Shown here: positions 46,022 to 55,068 of the stretch, one piece after another
Numbering within the stretch: the first letter of the stretch is position 1
Layout of the letters: each line of letters opens with the position of its first letter
Origin: Oscillospiraceae bacterium
Lineage (GTDB): Bacteria; Bacillota; Clostridia; Oscillospirales; Oscillospiraceae
DNA length: 64,000 nucleotides
Direction: 5' to 3'
NCBI GenBank assembly: GCA_017399355.1
Contig: JAFQCY010000071.1
Span: 1,611 to 65,610, forward strand
Position numbers and translations under genes: made by a program
Notes under the pieces: model-generated
Database searches by the model: none
Told to the model about the DNA's origin: nothing
What the model saw: the letters and a program-made list of their open reading frames with translations, nothing else

Positions 46022-48394
46022 TCACGACAGTTCCGCAATGGTGACACCGTCTTCTCCCTCGCCATACACACCAAGACGGTAGCGCTTGACTGCACGATTG
46101 TGCTTCAGTTCCTCGTGGACAGCCTTGCGGAGAATTCCGGTGCCTTTGCCGTGGATGATCCGCACGGAAGAGAGATTGGCCAGCATGGCACTATCCAAAA
46201 ATACGCTCAGCGTTGCTACGGCCTCATCGGCACTCATGCCACGCAGGTCCAGCTCTGTTGCTGTAGGCGTATTGCGGAACTCACGCTTGCTGCGCTCAAT
46301 GATCTTCTTGACCTGCTGCTGGGTCTCCTCCAAAAGAACAACCTCATCCTTCTTGGCATTGACCTTCATAATGCCTGCCTGAAGCTGATAGCTGCCGTCT
46401 TTATTGATGGCAAGGACGCTGGCCTTGGTGCCGAAGCGGAGCAGCTCCACGGTGTCCCCTACCCGGATCTCACGGGTTGCCGCGGGACGCTGGGTCTGAG
46501 GCTGCTTCTCCGCAAAGGCCTCCTCCGCATCATTCAGGCGCTTACGAAGCTCTGCTTGCTTGGCATTGGTTCCCTGCACATCGGCAGAGTCCCGTAGCTG
46601 CTTGCGCAGCTGCTTCAGTTCCTCTGCTACCTCATTGGAGGTTCTGCGGGCATCGTCAATGATCCGTTGGGCTTCCGCTCTGGCGGTACGCATGGCCTTC
46701 TCCCGCTCCTGCTTGATCTCGGCATAATAGGCCTCGGACTTGCTGCGCAGCTGCTGGGTCTCAATCTTCAGCCGCTCTGCCTCGATGCGGGCAGTCTCCA
46801 TCTCCTGGCGCTGGGTCTCCAGCTGCTGAAGAACGTCCTCAAAGTTGCGGTCGGATTCATTGACATAGCTCTTGGCCTGGTCAATGATATCTTCAGGCAG
46901 GCCTAAGCGCTTGGAAATAGCAAAGGCATTGGACTTACCGGGGATGCCGATCAAAAGTTTATAGGTGGGGCGCAGCGTCTCCACATCAAACTCGCAGGAG
47001 GCATTCATAACGCCCTCCGTACGCATGGCATAGAGCTTCAGCTCTGCATAGTGGGTAGTGGCAGCCACACGGCTTCCGCATTTTCTGCAGAATTCGATGA
47101 GGGCTGTGGCAAGGGCCGCACCCTCCGTGGGATCGGTTCCTGCTCCCAGCTCGTCAAAAAGCACCAGGGTCTCATGGTCACATTCCCCAATGATCTCCAC
47201 AATATTCTTCATATGAGAGGAGAAGGTGGAAAGAGACTGTTCGATGGATTGCTCGTCACCGATATCCGCCAGCACACGATGGAATACGGATACGGCACTG
47301 CCATGATCCACAGGCAGATGCAAACCGCACTGGGCCATCAGGGTCAGAAGACCGATGGTCTTCAGGGTAACGGTTTTACCGCCGGTATTGGGGCCGGTGA
47401 TGACCAAGGTATCGAAATCACTGCCCAGACGGACGGTAATGGGAACCACGGACTTTTTCTCAATCAGGGGGTGTCTTGCCCGGATCAGCTCCAGGCTGCC
47501 GTTTTCCCGGATCTCCGGGGCGATACCGTCCATACGCAGGGATAGCCTTGCCTTGGCAAAAATCACATCCAAACAGGTCAGCATCTCCACACCGGAGCAA
47601 ATGCTCTCCCGGAAGGAGGCCGCCTCGGCAGATAGCTCCGCCAGGATCCGTTCGATCTCCTTCCGCTCCTGGATCAGCAGCTCGCGCAGGGCATTATTTG
47701 CATTGACCGCAGACATGGGCTCAATAAAGAAGGTGCTGCCGGAGGAGGAGACGTCATGCACCATGCCGGGGATCTCGCCCTTGTACTCGCTCTTCACGGG
47801 AACCACATAGCGGTCTCCACGCATGGTGATAATGGGGTCACGGAGGTATTTGGAATAGGTGGGAGAGGTAATGATCTTCTGAAGGGAGTCCTTGACCTTA
47901 GCGCTCTGAATGCGCATATGACGGCGGATGTCTGCCAGCTCGGAGCTGGCAGCATCGGCGATCTCGTCTTCCGAAAGGATCGAATTGGTGATCTTCTCCT
48001 CCAGGTAGCGGTTGGGGCTCAGCTCCTGGAAATAGAGATCCAGAACAGTCTGTGTATAGTCCCCATTATAGTAGGCTTTTGCATTGCGGATGCAGCGCAG
48101 CACAGCTGCAATACGAAGCAGCTCCACAGGGGTCAGGCAACCGCCACGATCGGCACGCTCCAAAGAGGGAGCGATCTCCTTCAATTCATGGAAGGAGGGG
48201 CTTCCCTTCAGAGAGATCAGCTTGCAGGCCGCAGAGGTCTGCTCCTGCAGCAGCAGGATCTCCTCCCGGTCGTCCAGAGGGAGAAGCTGCTTGCAGCGGT
48301 CTTTTGCATTTTCGCTGTGAGCCAGCTCTGCCAGCTTATTTAAGATGGCAGGCAGCTCCAGCTTGTGTAACGATTTTTCATATAATTCATTCAT
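46022..48394 (-). CDS. mutS2: MutS2 (with Smr domain)
   Basis: ITGPNTGGKT, QSLSTFSSH, DELGAGTDP, C-terminal LDLRG..IIHGKGTG. Start ATG 48394. Confidence 0.96.
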   Translation of the reverse strand: MNELYEKSLHKLELPAILNKLAELAHSENAKDRCKQLLPLDDREEILLLQEQTSAACKLISLKGSPSFHELKEIAPSLERADRGGCLTPVELLRIAAVLRCIRNAKAYYNGDYTQTVLDLYFQELSPNRYLEEKITNSILSEDEIADAASSELADIRRHMRIQSAKVKDSLQKIITSPTYSKYLRDPIITMRGDRYVVPVKSEYKGEIPGMVHDVSSSGSTFFIEPMSAVNANNALRELLIQERKEIERILAELSAEAASFRESICSGVEMLTCLDVIFAKARLSLRMDGIAPEIRENGSLELIRARHPLIEKKSVVPITVRLGSDFDTLVITGPNTGGKTVTLKTIGLLTLMAQCGLHLPVDHGSAVSVFHRVLADIGDEQSIEQSLSTFSSHMKNIVEIIGECDHETLVLFDELGAGTDPTEGAALATALIEFCRKCGSRVAATTHYAELKLYAMRTEGVMNASCEFDVETLRPTYKLLIGIPGKSNAFAISKRLGLPEDIIDQAKSYVNESDRNFEDVLQQLETQRQEMETARIEAERLKIETQQLRSKSEAYYAEIKQEREKAMRTARAEAQRIIDDARRTSNEVAEELKQLRKQLRDSADVQGTNAKQAELRKRLNDAEEAFAEKQPQTQRPAATREIRVGDTVELLRFGTKASVLAINKDGSYQLQAGIMKVNAKKDEVVLLEETQQQVKKIIERSKREFRNTPTATELDLRGMSADEAVATLSVFLDSAMLANLSSVRIIHGKGTGILRKAVHEELKHNRAVKRYRLGVYGEGEDGVTIAELS

Positions 48395-48404
48395 GGTATG
48401 ATCC

Positions 48405-49148
48405 TCAATAAAATAGGGATTTATAAAAATCCAGGGTGTAAAATCCTCGCTCCAGGCGCATGCTGAGATAGCTCTCCGCAATCTGGCTCAATTCTACAGC
48501 CGATGACTCTCCCAGCTGAAAGGAAAAGAGCTTTTTGCTGTCGCAGGAGCAGATATATCGCATGGCCTGCAGGGTGCCGAAGCTGATGGGCATACGGATC
48601 CCCGATGCTTCCTCAGCGTTGCAGCTTGCGCACTGTAAAAAGCCCTGGGAGATATTAAAGCGCTCCGGCGCAAGCTTTCCGCAGATTGCGCAGCCCCGAA
48701 GATCCGGGAGAAAACCGCTGATGCAGGCCATACGCAGCTCGAACACCGCCTTAACCAGCATCTGGGGCTTCTTGAGCTTCGAAAGGGCGTAGAGTCCATT
48801 GAGCAGCAAGGACAGGAGCTCCGGCGCCGGGTCATTCTCCTGAGCGATCACATCGGTGACCTGGGCAAAATAGGAGGCCAGAGCCAGCAGCTCGATATCC
48901 GATCGCAGTTCCGGGAAGATCTCTTTTGTCAGGGTTTCTGTGGCGGTGTATCTCCCCTGCTGCTCAAAGAGCGTGAATTCCGAGTAGGCCAAAAGCTGGC
49001 AGGCTGCCTTGGATTTGCTGTGGGCCCCTCTGACTCCTCTGGCCCGCACGGTGATCTTGCCGTACTCCGCCGTCAAAAGGGTCAGGAGCTTGTCTTTCTC
49101 TTTATAATCCGTCTCCCGAAGGACGATGCCTAAGGTTTTTTCGTACAT
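48405..49148 (-). CDS. recO: DNA repair protein RecO
   Basis: GIVLR..DYKE.DK.LT, ARGVR, CAIC..CASC zinc finger. Confidence 0.94.
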   Translation of the reverse strand: MYEKTLGIVLRETDYKEKDKLLTLLTAEYGKITVRARGVRGAHSKSKAACQLLAYSEFTLFEQQGRYTATETLTKEIFPELRSDIELLALASYFAQVTDVIAQENDPAPELLSLLLNGLYALSKLKKPQMLVKAVFELRMACISGFLPDLRGCAICGKLAPERFNISQGFLQCASCNAEEASGIRMPISFGTLQAMRYICSCDSKKLFSFQLGESSAVELSQIAESYLSMRLERGFYTLDFYKSLFY

Positions 49149-49178
49149 ATGTGAATTCCTTTGGTATGTATGCGCACG

Positions 49179-49280
49179 TCATTCTTTTGACTCCGTGCGC
49201 CGGTTCTCGTTGCGGTAAAGAAGGTAGGCCTCCGGGGATCCGGTTTGCAGAAACAAGTTCCATAAAATTGCTTCGTCCAT
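49179..49280 (-). CDS. YqzL-like small protein (33 aa)
   Basis: MDEAILWNLFLQTGSPEAYLLYRNENRRTESKE; W..F..TG....YLLY pattern; GGAG SD; sits in the era-recO interval. Below the ORF-track size cutoff. Confidence 0.72.
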   Translation of the reverse strand: MDEAILWNLFLQTGSPEAYLLYRNENRRTESKE

Positions 49281-49308
49281 ATGCTGTACTCCCTTCCTCA
49301 GCTACAGA

Positions 49309-49338
49309 TAGCATGAGCCGGGAGGGAGCAAGCTATAC
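49309..49338 (-). promoter_or_regulatory. Possible forespore sigmaF/sigmaG-type promoter
   Basis: GTATA-N14-GGCTCATGCTA upstream of the YqzL-like ORF. Confidence 0.45.
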
Positions 49339-49353
49339 TTGGAAAGCTATGGC

Positions 49354-50241
49354 TTATTCGTAGCCGAAGTTCCGCAGGAGGAAGTCGCTGTCACGCCAGT
49401 TTTCCTTGACCTTGACCCAGGTCTGGAGGAAGACCTTTGTCCCCATAAAGCGCTCGGCATCTTCACGGGCAGCGGTGCTGATCTTCTTCAGCATGGCCCC
49501 CTGCTTGCCGATGATGATCCCCTTGTGGCTGGGCTTTTCGCAGTAGATGGTGGCATCCACATCCACCACGCCATTATCCCGCTCGGAGAATTTGGTGATC
49601 TCTACAGCGGTTCCATGGGGGATCTCACGCTCCAGATTCCACAGGAGCTTTTCACGGATGATCTCGGCAATCACCTGCTTCTCCGGCTGATCGGAGGTCA
49701 TATCCTCCGGGAAGAAGAAGGGACTCTCCTGGGCATACTTGTCGCACTCCTTCAAAAGGGCCTCCACACCGTCCTTATACCGGGCAGAGATGGGCATGAC
49801 CGCATCAAATTCAAATTCCTTGCTATAGGCCGCAATGACCGCAAGAAGATCTTCCTTCTCCTGGACGGTATCGATCTTATTGATCACCAAAATAGCGGGG
49901 GCACCGCTCATGCGGATCTGCTGCAGCAGGGCCTCTTCCTGAGGGCCGATATTGGCGATGGGCTCAACGATCAGAAGAACCAGATCCACATCGGCTACGC
50001 TCTCCCGAACCACATCCACCATATAGTCCCCCAGCTTGGTACGAGGCTTATGGAAGCCGGGGGTATCCATAAAGACAAGCTGCGTATTGCCTCTGGTAAC
50101 CACACCGCAGATGCGGTTTCTGGTGGTCTGGGGTTTATTGGATACAATGGCGATCTTCTCCCCCACAAGCCGATTAATGAGGGTGGATTTTCCCACATTT
50201 GGACGGCCGGCAATGGTGATCATAACGGATTTTGTTTTCAT
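49354..50241 (-). CDS. era: GTPase Era
   Basis: GRPNVGKST, QTTR, DTPG, NKID, KH motif IIIGKQG. Confidence 0.97.
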   Translation of the reverse strand: MKTKSVMITIAGRPNVGKSTLINRLVGEKIAIVSNKPQTTRNRICGVVTRGNTQLVFMDTPGFHKPRTKLGDYMVDVVRESVADVDLVLLIVEPIANIGPQEEALLQQIRMSGAPAILVINKIDTVQEKEDLLAVIAAYSKEFEFDAVMPISARYKDGVEALLKECDKYAQESPFFFPEDMTSDQPEKQVIAEIIREKLLWNLEREIPHGTAVEITKFSERDNGVVDVDATIYCEKPSHKGIIIGKQGAMLKKISTAAREDAERFMGTKVFLQTWVKVKENWRDSDFLLRNFGYE

Positions 50242-50753
50242 TTCTCTTCTCCTAAGTAAAATTCATAAGTCAGCTGATCCATGCCCTTATCTGCATGGCC
50301 ATCATCGCAGACCGTGAGAATGCCGCCCATTTTCTCATAAAAGCCCTGGGCCGGCAGATTATGGCAGTTACATTGGCAGAAAAATTTCGTCAGTCCCCGC
50401 TCCCGGCAGACCTTACGGAGATGAGCAAACACCCGTCTCCCCAGCCCCTGGCCCTTGTAGGCTTTCAGAAAGTACAGGGAGTTCAGGCAGAGGACAAAGT
50501 CCTTATAGGGGGGAATATGGGGCGGGCCATAATGGAAATATCCCACACAGCGGTCTCCGTCCATGGCCAGATAAAAGGTCTGCTCCGGGTCAAGCATTCG
50601 CTTGCGATCCCGGGCGGTGTACCAGGCCAGATTATACCCGTCGATTTTCTCATCGGAATAGATGCCTCGGTAGGTCTCAGCCCAGACTAAGGGTCTGGTT
50701 GCGGCCATGATCCCGGCAGCTTCCGGGCCGACCTTGATAAATTCCACACTCAT
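50238..50753 (-). CDS. GNAT-family N-acetyltransferase
   Basis: W.ETYRGI, LYFLKAYKGQGLGR, N..AQGFYEKMG. Confidence 0.88.
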   Translation of the reverse strand: MSVEFIKVGPEAAGIMAATRPLVWAETYRGIYSDEKIDGYNLAWYTARDRKRMLDPEQTFYLAMDGDRCVGYFHYGPPHIPPYKDFVLCLNSLYFLKAYKGQGLGRRVFAHLRKVCRERGLTKFFCQCNCHNLPAQGFYEKMGGILTVCDDGHADKGMDQLTYEFYLGEEK

Positions 50754-51244
50754 CGCAATAGACCCAATTCTCCGGCAATGATCTCCTCCCGGATGCGCAT
50801 CTGGCGCTTCTGAGGGCCTTCGTCCAGGTGATCATAGCCCAGAAGATGCAAAACAGAGTGGATGGTCAGGTAGCCAACCTCACGCTTCAGAGTATTGTCA
50901 AAGCGCTTTGCCTGATCCTTGGCACGCTCCAGAGAGATCGCCATATCCCCCAAGGGCAGCAGCCCGGTCTGTGGGTCCAAATAGGCCTTCACATCCTCCG
51001 GGAATTGCTCCGGAATGAAATTGAACATGGGGAAAGACAGGACATCGGTCTCCTTGTCAATATTCCGGGTGGCCAGGTTGATCCCACGGATGCCCCGGTC
51101 ATCGGTCACCAGAACATTGATCTCACAGGGGACGTGCACCCCCTCCTGCTCCAGGGCTGCACGGATGCAGCGAACCAGATGGATGGTAAGAGCCGGGTGT
51201 TGATCCAGCTTATTGGTATATCGTACCGTAATTCGATGCTTCAT
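50750..51244 (-). CDS. ybeY: Endoribonuclease YbeY
   Basis: TDVLSFP, GD.AIS, HSVLHLLGYDH. Confidence 0.96.
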   Translation of the reverse strand: MKHRITVRYTNKLDQHPALTIHLVRCIRAALEQEGVHVPCEINVLVTDDRGIRGINLATRNIDKETDVLSFPMFNFIPEQFPEDVKAYLDPQTGLLPLGDMAISLERAKDQAKRFDNTLKREVGYLTIHSVLHLLGYDHLDEGPQKRQMRIREEIIAGELGLLR

Positions 51245-51250
51245 GATCTC

Positions 51251-52240
51251 TTACTTCTTTCTGTAAACTTTCTTCTGGGCAGGAAGACGCTTCTTCTCAC
51301 CGCTTTCGTAAGCTGCGATGATCTTCTGCACCAGGGCATGGCGCACCACATCGCTGGCGGTCAGGCGGCAGATGGCAATATCCGGAATGTTATCCAGGAG
51401 GCTGATGGCATCCTTCAGGCCGCTGGTCTTATCTGCAGGCAAATCGATCTGGGTCACGTCACCGGTGATGACGATCTTGGAGCCAAAGCCCAGACGGGTC
51501 AGGAACATCTTCATCTGCTCCCGGGTGGTATTCTGGGCCTCATCCAGGATGATAAAGCTGTCATCCAGCGTTCTGCCACGCATATATGCCAGGGGGGCAA
51601 CTTCGATATTGCCACGTTCCAAGTATTTCTGGTAGGTCTCTGCCCCCAGCATATCATAAAGGGCATCATAAAGAGGGCGGAGGTAGGGATCGACCTTATT
51701 CTGCAGGTCGCCGGGAAGAAAGCCCAGCCGCTCACCGGCCTCAACGGCAGGTCTGGTGAGAATGATGCGGTTGACCGTCTTTTCCCGGAAGGCAGCCACA
51801 GCTGCAGCAACAGCCAGGTAGGTCTTGCCCGTACCGGCAGGGCCGACGCCGATGGTAATGGTGTTTTTCAAAATGGCCTTCATATAGCGCTGCTGGCCTA
51901 AGGTCTTAGCCTTGATGGGCTTTCCCTTGGCGGTGATGCAAACTACGTCTTTTGCCATCTGGCCGATCTTATCCTCATTGCCGGAGGAAACCAGATCGAT
52001 GAGGTAGCGCACCTTCTGCTCATCGATCACCTCACCCTTGGCCGCAAGGGTCAGAAGGCCCTCGATGGCACGGGAGGCCCGATCCGCTGCCTCTTCCTCT
52101 CCGCTGACCTTCAGCTCAGTGCCTCGGTTGGTGATCTTGACGTGGTAGGTGTCTTCGATCCGCTTGATATTCTCGTCAAAGGATCCAAAGACATTAATGA
52201 TCTGCTCAATGCGCTCTGCATTGATTATTCTTTCATTCAT
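51251..52240 (-). CDS. phoH: PhoH-family ATPase
   Basis: GPAGTGKT, RPAVEAGE.LGFLPG, YMRGRT, DEAQN. Confidence 0.95.
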   Translation of the reverse strand: MNERIINAERIEQIINVFGSFDENIKRIEDTYHVKITNRGTELKVSGEEEAADRASRAIEGLLTLAAKGEVIDEQKVRYLIDLVSSGNEDKIGQMAKDVVCITAKGKPIKAKTLGQQRYMKAILKNTITIGVGPAGTGKTYLAVAAAVAAFREKTVNRIILTRPAVEAGERLGFLPGDLQNKVDPYLRPLYDALYDMLGAETYQKYLERGNIEVAPLAYMRGRTLDDSFIILDEAQNTTREQMKMFLTRLGFGSKIVITGDVTQIDLPADKTSGLKDAISLLDNIPDIAICRLTASDVVRHALVQKIIAAYESGEKKRLPAQKKVYRKK

Positions 52241-53423
52241 ATGTTTCTCCTTTATTCATCCCATCCATCGGAACCGGCGCTGCGATCATCTCCCGACAGA
52301 CACTATGTATGTGCAGCACAAAGCAGTTCTCCTGCTCCAAAAAAATCTGCTCTGTCTCCAGGATCGTTCCTGCTACCATCTGCTCTCTCAGCTGTTCAGC
52401 CCAATGCTGCTCCAGAGAGGCCCGGGCAGAGTTTTCATCCTCCGTAACGATAGAAAGCGTATATTCCCGGCAGGAGATCACCTGGATCCGCACGGGAAAC
52501 TCCAGATTCGGCAGCGCCAAACAATGCTCATCTATTATTTTATCACATCTTGCAGTAGAAATTCTACTGTTTCCCAATAAATTTATTCTTTTTCTTCCGA
52601 GGATCAGGACGATTTCCTTCCAGGTCTGGCCGGTATATTGCTTTTGATATCGGATTTTGGGGCGCACCATGCTCCCGGAGTGCCAGGTCTCCCCATAGAT
52701 TTCCCCCTCTGCCTGCACCGCTTTAAGGCATAAACCATAGTCTTCAAAGCCGGATACCAGGAGCTGGCCTTTTCGAACCGTATCCCCGGCGGAAAACAAA
52801 CGCATCCCCTCAAGTATGGAATAGTCCGTTACGACCGCATCCCGCACAGAGACCAGATTCACTGCCTGTGCATCCTCAGCTGCTTGCTCCTGACCGGAAG
52901 TCAGATAAAAAACCGTAAGCTTGCCTCCCCTGCGGTTGACCGCCATCCAGGAAAGCTCCGGTAAGCGCCGAAGCATCTGCAGCTTGATCTCCTGGGTGTC
53001 CAGGTTTTTTCCCACAGCCCCAAAGCCGATCCCCTCTTCCTGCAGAAGGCGCAGAATGCTGCGATTCATATGGGGATCTTCTCCGCAAATTTCTACAGAC
53101 CAAACATAACGCTGCAGCAGAAAGCTAAGAGCCACCGCCAGCAGAAGCCCAACTCCAAGAGCCAGCCGTTTCCTGATCCGAAGAAGCAGCCGCATGAGTC
53201 CCCTTTTTCGAAGCACTTGCAGCATACAGCAACATTCCAGACAAAGTGCGGATGCTTGGTCCAAATCCTTGCTGCGAAGCGTAACCGAGATCTCCTTTGC
53301 GCTGTGATAGCGAATCTCCCAAAAAGCCAAGGATGCCGCTGCGAAGCGGTTCAGGCATTCCTCCGGCCTCTCTCCGCAGATCTTTACCTCTGCCCATTCC
53401 GTATAGATCCGATGCTTTCTCAT
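52233..53423 (-). CDS. yqfD: Sporulation protein YqfD
   Basis: N-terminal PEECLN, single TM, V.KGQLLVSG; position yqfC-yqfD-phoH. Confidence 0.85.
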   Translation of the reverse strand: MRKHRIYTEWAEVKICGERPEECLNRFAAASLAFWEIRYHSAKEISVTLRSKDLDQASALCLECCCMLQVLRKRGLMRLLLRIRKRLALGVGLLLAVALSFLLQRYVWSVEICGEDPHMNRSILRLLQEEGIGFGAVGKNLDTQEIKLQMLRRLPELSWMAVNRRGGKLTVFYLTSGQEQAAEDAQAVNLVSVRDAVVTDYSILEGMRLFSAGDTVRKGQLLVSGFEDYGLCLKAVQAEGEIYGETWHSGSMVRPKIRYQKQYTGQTWKEIVLILGRKRINLLGNSRISTARCDKIIDEHCLALPNLEFPVRIQVISCREYTLSIVTEDENSARASLEQHWAEQLREQMVAGTILETEQIFLEQENCFVLHIHSVCREMIAAPVPMDGMNKGETYE

Positions 53424-53690
53424 CTACAATAGCTCCAGCTTCGCAATGATACCCCGCAGTTCCAGAACCTTCTTAGACATAGAGGAAATACAGAGCTGCT
53501 CCCCGTCAATGCGGAGCATACCGGTTTTCGTTTTCACACAAACCGAGGTGGGGGCATAAGCGATCATCCCACAATGATTCTCTATGACAATGGAATAGCC
53601 ACCGTGTAGATGGATCACCGGGATCGAAGCTATGGTTTCCGGAGGAACCGCAAAGGTATGGCTGAACTGTTCTACAAGATCCTTTTTCAT
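53424..53690 (-). CDS. yqfC: Sporulation protein YqfC (YabP/YqfC family)
   Basis: IENHCGMIAY, I.GEQL.I, G.I; upstream of yqfD. Confidence 0.85.
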   Translation of the reverse strand: MKKDLVEQFSHTFAVPPETIASIPVIHLHGGYSIVIENHCGMIAYAPTSVCVKTKTGMLRIDGEQLCISSMSKKVLELRGIIAKLELL

Positions 53691-53705
53691 ATCATCACCC
53701 AAAAC

Positions 53706-53750
53706 ATTCTATGCAGCAATGTATCAATCTTGCAGGAAGCCGCATATATT
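53706..53750. promoter_or_regulatory. Back-to-back sigmaE-like -10 elements for yqfCD and ylbJ
   Basis: CATAGAAT (minus strand, 53706-53713) and CATATATT (plus strand, 53743-53750). Confidence 0.5.
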
Positions 53751-53765
53751 CCACCGGGTGATAAA

Positions 53766-54797
53766 ATGAAAAAATGGATTGGATTAATCTTGGTATGCGG
53801 TATGATCCTGGCATTGCTGCTCTATTCCGGGGAAACAGCAGAGGCTATGCTCCGTGGGCTTCGTCTTTGCGGCAGCAATGTGATCCCGGCCCTGTTTCCC
53901 ATCATGGTTGGGACAAGGCTTTTGACCGCTTTATTGAGAACCCTCACGCTTCCCAAAGGCTTTACCAGGATTTGGCAGCGATGCTTTGGGGTCAGTAGCA
54001 ACTGCGCCTACGGCTTCATCCTGAGTCTCTTGGGAAGCTATCCCGTGGGCGCTGCCGTCATCACCCAGTTATATGAAAGTAAAGCTATCAGCAAGGAAGA
54101 TGCGGAGCGCAGCCTCTGCTTCTGCAACAACTCCGGCCCCGGCTTCTTTCTGGGGGTAGTGGGAGCAATCGTATTAGAGGATATGAGCGCCGGAATTCTG
54201 CTCTATGTGATCCATGTGATCTCCGCATTACTCATAGCAGTTTTCCACGGGAGAAAGAACGAAGCCGCACAAATGGCGATGAATACCAAGGCTTATGACG
54301 GCCCTGTGTGGAGCTTGCTGCTGCAGGCCATCCAAGAAAGCTGTTATGCCATGCTGCAGATCTGCGGCATGATCCTGTTTTTCAGTGTTTTAGGAAGCCT
54401 GGCCGAGAAGATCGGCCTGTTCTCTCTGTTTCGGCTTCTGCCCGTCCCCATGGTCGAAAGCGAAGCTTTGCTTCGTGGCATGCTTGAGCTGACGGGCGGG
54501 ATCTTTCTGCTGAAGGGTTCCTCCGCTGCTATGGTATTTGCGGCATTTTTAATGGGCTGGGGTGGCTTGTGTGTCCACTTTCAGGCAGCAGCCCTTTGGC
54601 GAAGGGCCGGGCTCGCACCAAAGGGCTACTACAGGTCAAAGCTTCTTCAGGCATTTCTCAGCGCCGGGTTGGCATGGCCTGTTCTTGAAAATAAGCCTGT
54701 CTATAGCATCATATTTATTGGAACAATCCTTGTTTTACGAATTATTCTTGGAAAAATCAGAAATCATACTGGAAATACAGACCGATATGCGCTATAA
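53766..54797 (+). CDS. ylbJ: Sporulation integral membrane protein YlbJ
   Basis: VIPALFP, GSYPVGA, FCNNSGPGF, LELTGG, GWGGLCVHFQ. Start ATG 53766. Confidence 0.88.
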   Translation: MKKWIGLILVCGMILALLLYSGETAEAMLRGLRLCGSNVIPALFPIMVGTRLLTALLRTLTLPKGFTRIWQRCFGVSSNCAYGFILSLLGSYPVGAAVITQLYESKAISKEDAERSLCFCNNSGPGFFLGVVGAIVLEDMSAGILLYVIHVISALLIAVFHGRKNEAAQMAMNTKAYDGPVWSLLLQAIQESCYAMLQICGMILFFSVLGSLAEKIGLFSLFRLLPVPMVESEALLRGMLELTGGIFLLKGSSAAMVFAAFLMGWGGLCVHFQAAALWRRAGLAPKGYYRSKLLQAFLSAGLAWPVLENKPVYSIIFIGTILVLRIILGKIRNHTGNTDRYAL

Positions 54798-54818
54798 TAG
54801 AGGGCGAGGTGAAAAGAT

Positions 54819-55028
54819 ATGCTATTTCGCAAGAAGATCGATAAATTTTGCTCCTATTGCGCCCATGCAGGCAAGGTAGATGACAATACCTACCTCTGTA
54901 AGAAGAAGGGTCTTGTCCCCTCCTGCCATCGCTGCCGCAAGTTTCAATACGATCCTCTGAAGCGAGTCCCTGTCCGAATGAAGCCCAAGGACTTCGCTAA
55001 ATATGACGAGGTCGATTTTTCTTTATAA
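54819..55028 (+). CDS. Small Cys-rich hypothetical protein (69 aa)
   Basis: GAGG SD; CSYC..C..C..C pattern, YDPLKR; ends at the terminator. Confidence 0.75.
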   Translation: MLFRKKIDKFCSYCAHAGKVDDNTYLCKKKGLVPSCHRCRKFQYDPLKRVPVRMKPKDFAKYDEVDFSL

Positions 55029-55033
55029 TTGCA

Positions 55034-55063
55034 ATGGCATCCACCCTTTTCGGTGGATGCCAT
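55034..55063. terminator. Terminator hairpin between convergent genes
   Basis: ATGGCATCCACC...GGTGGATGCCAT, 12-bp perfect stem. Confidence 0.75.
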
Positions 55064-55068
55064 CGTTA

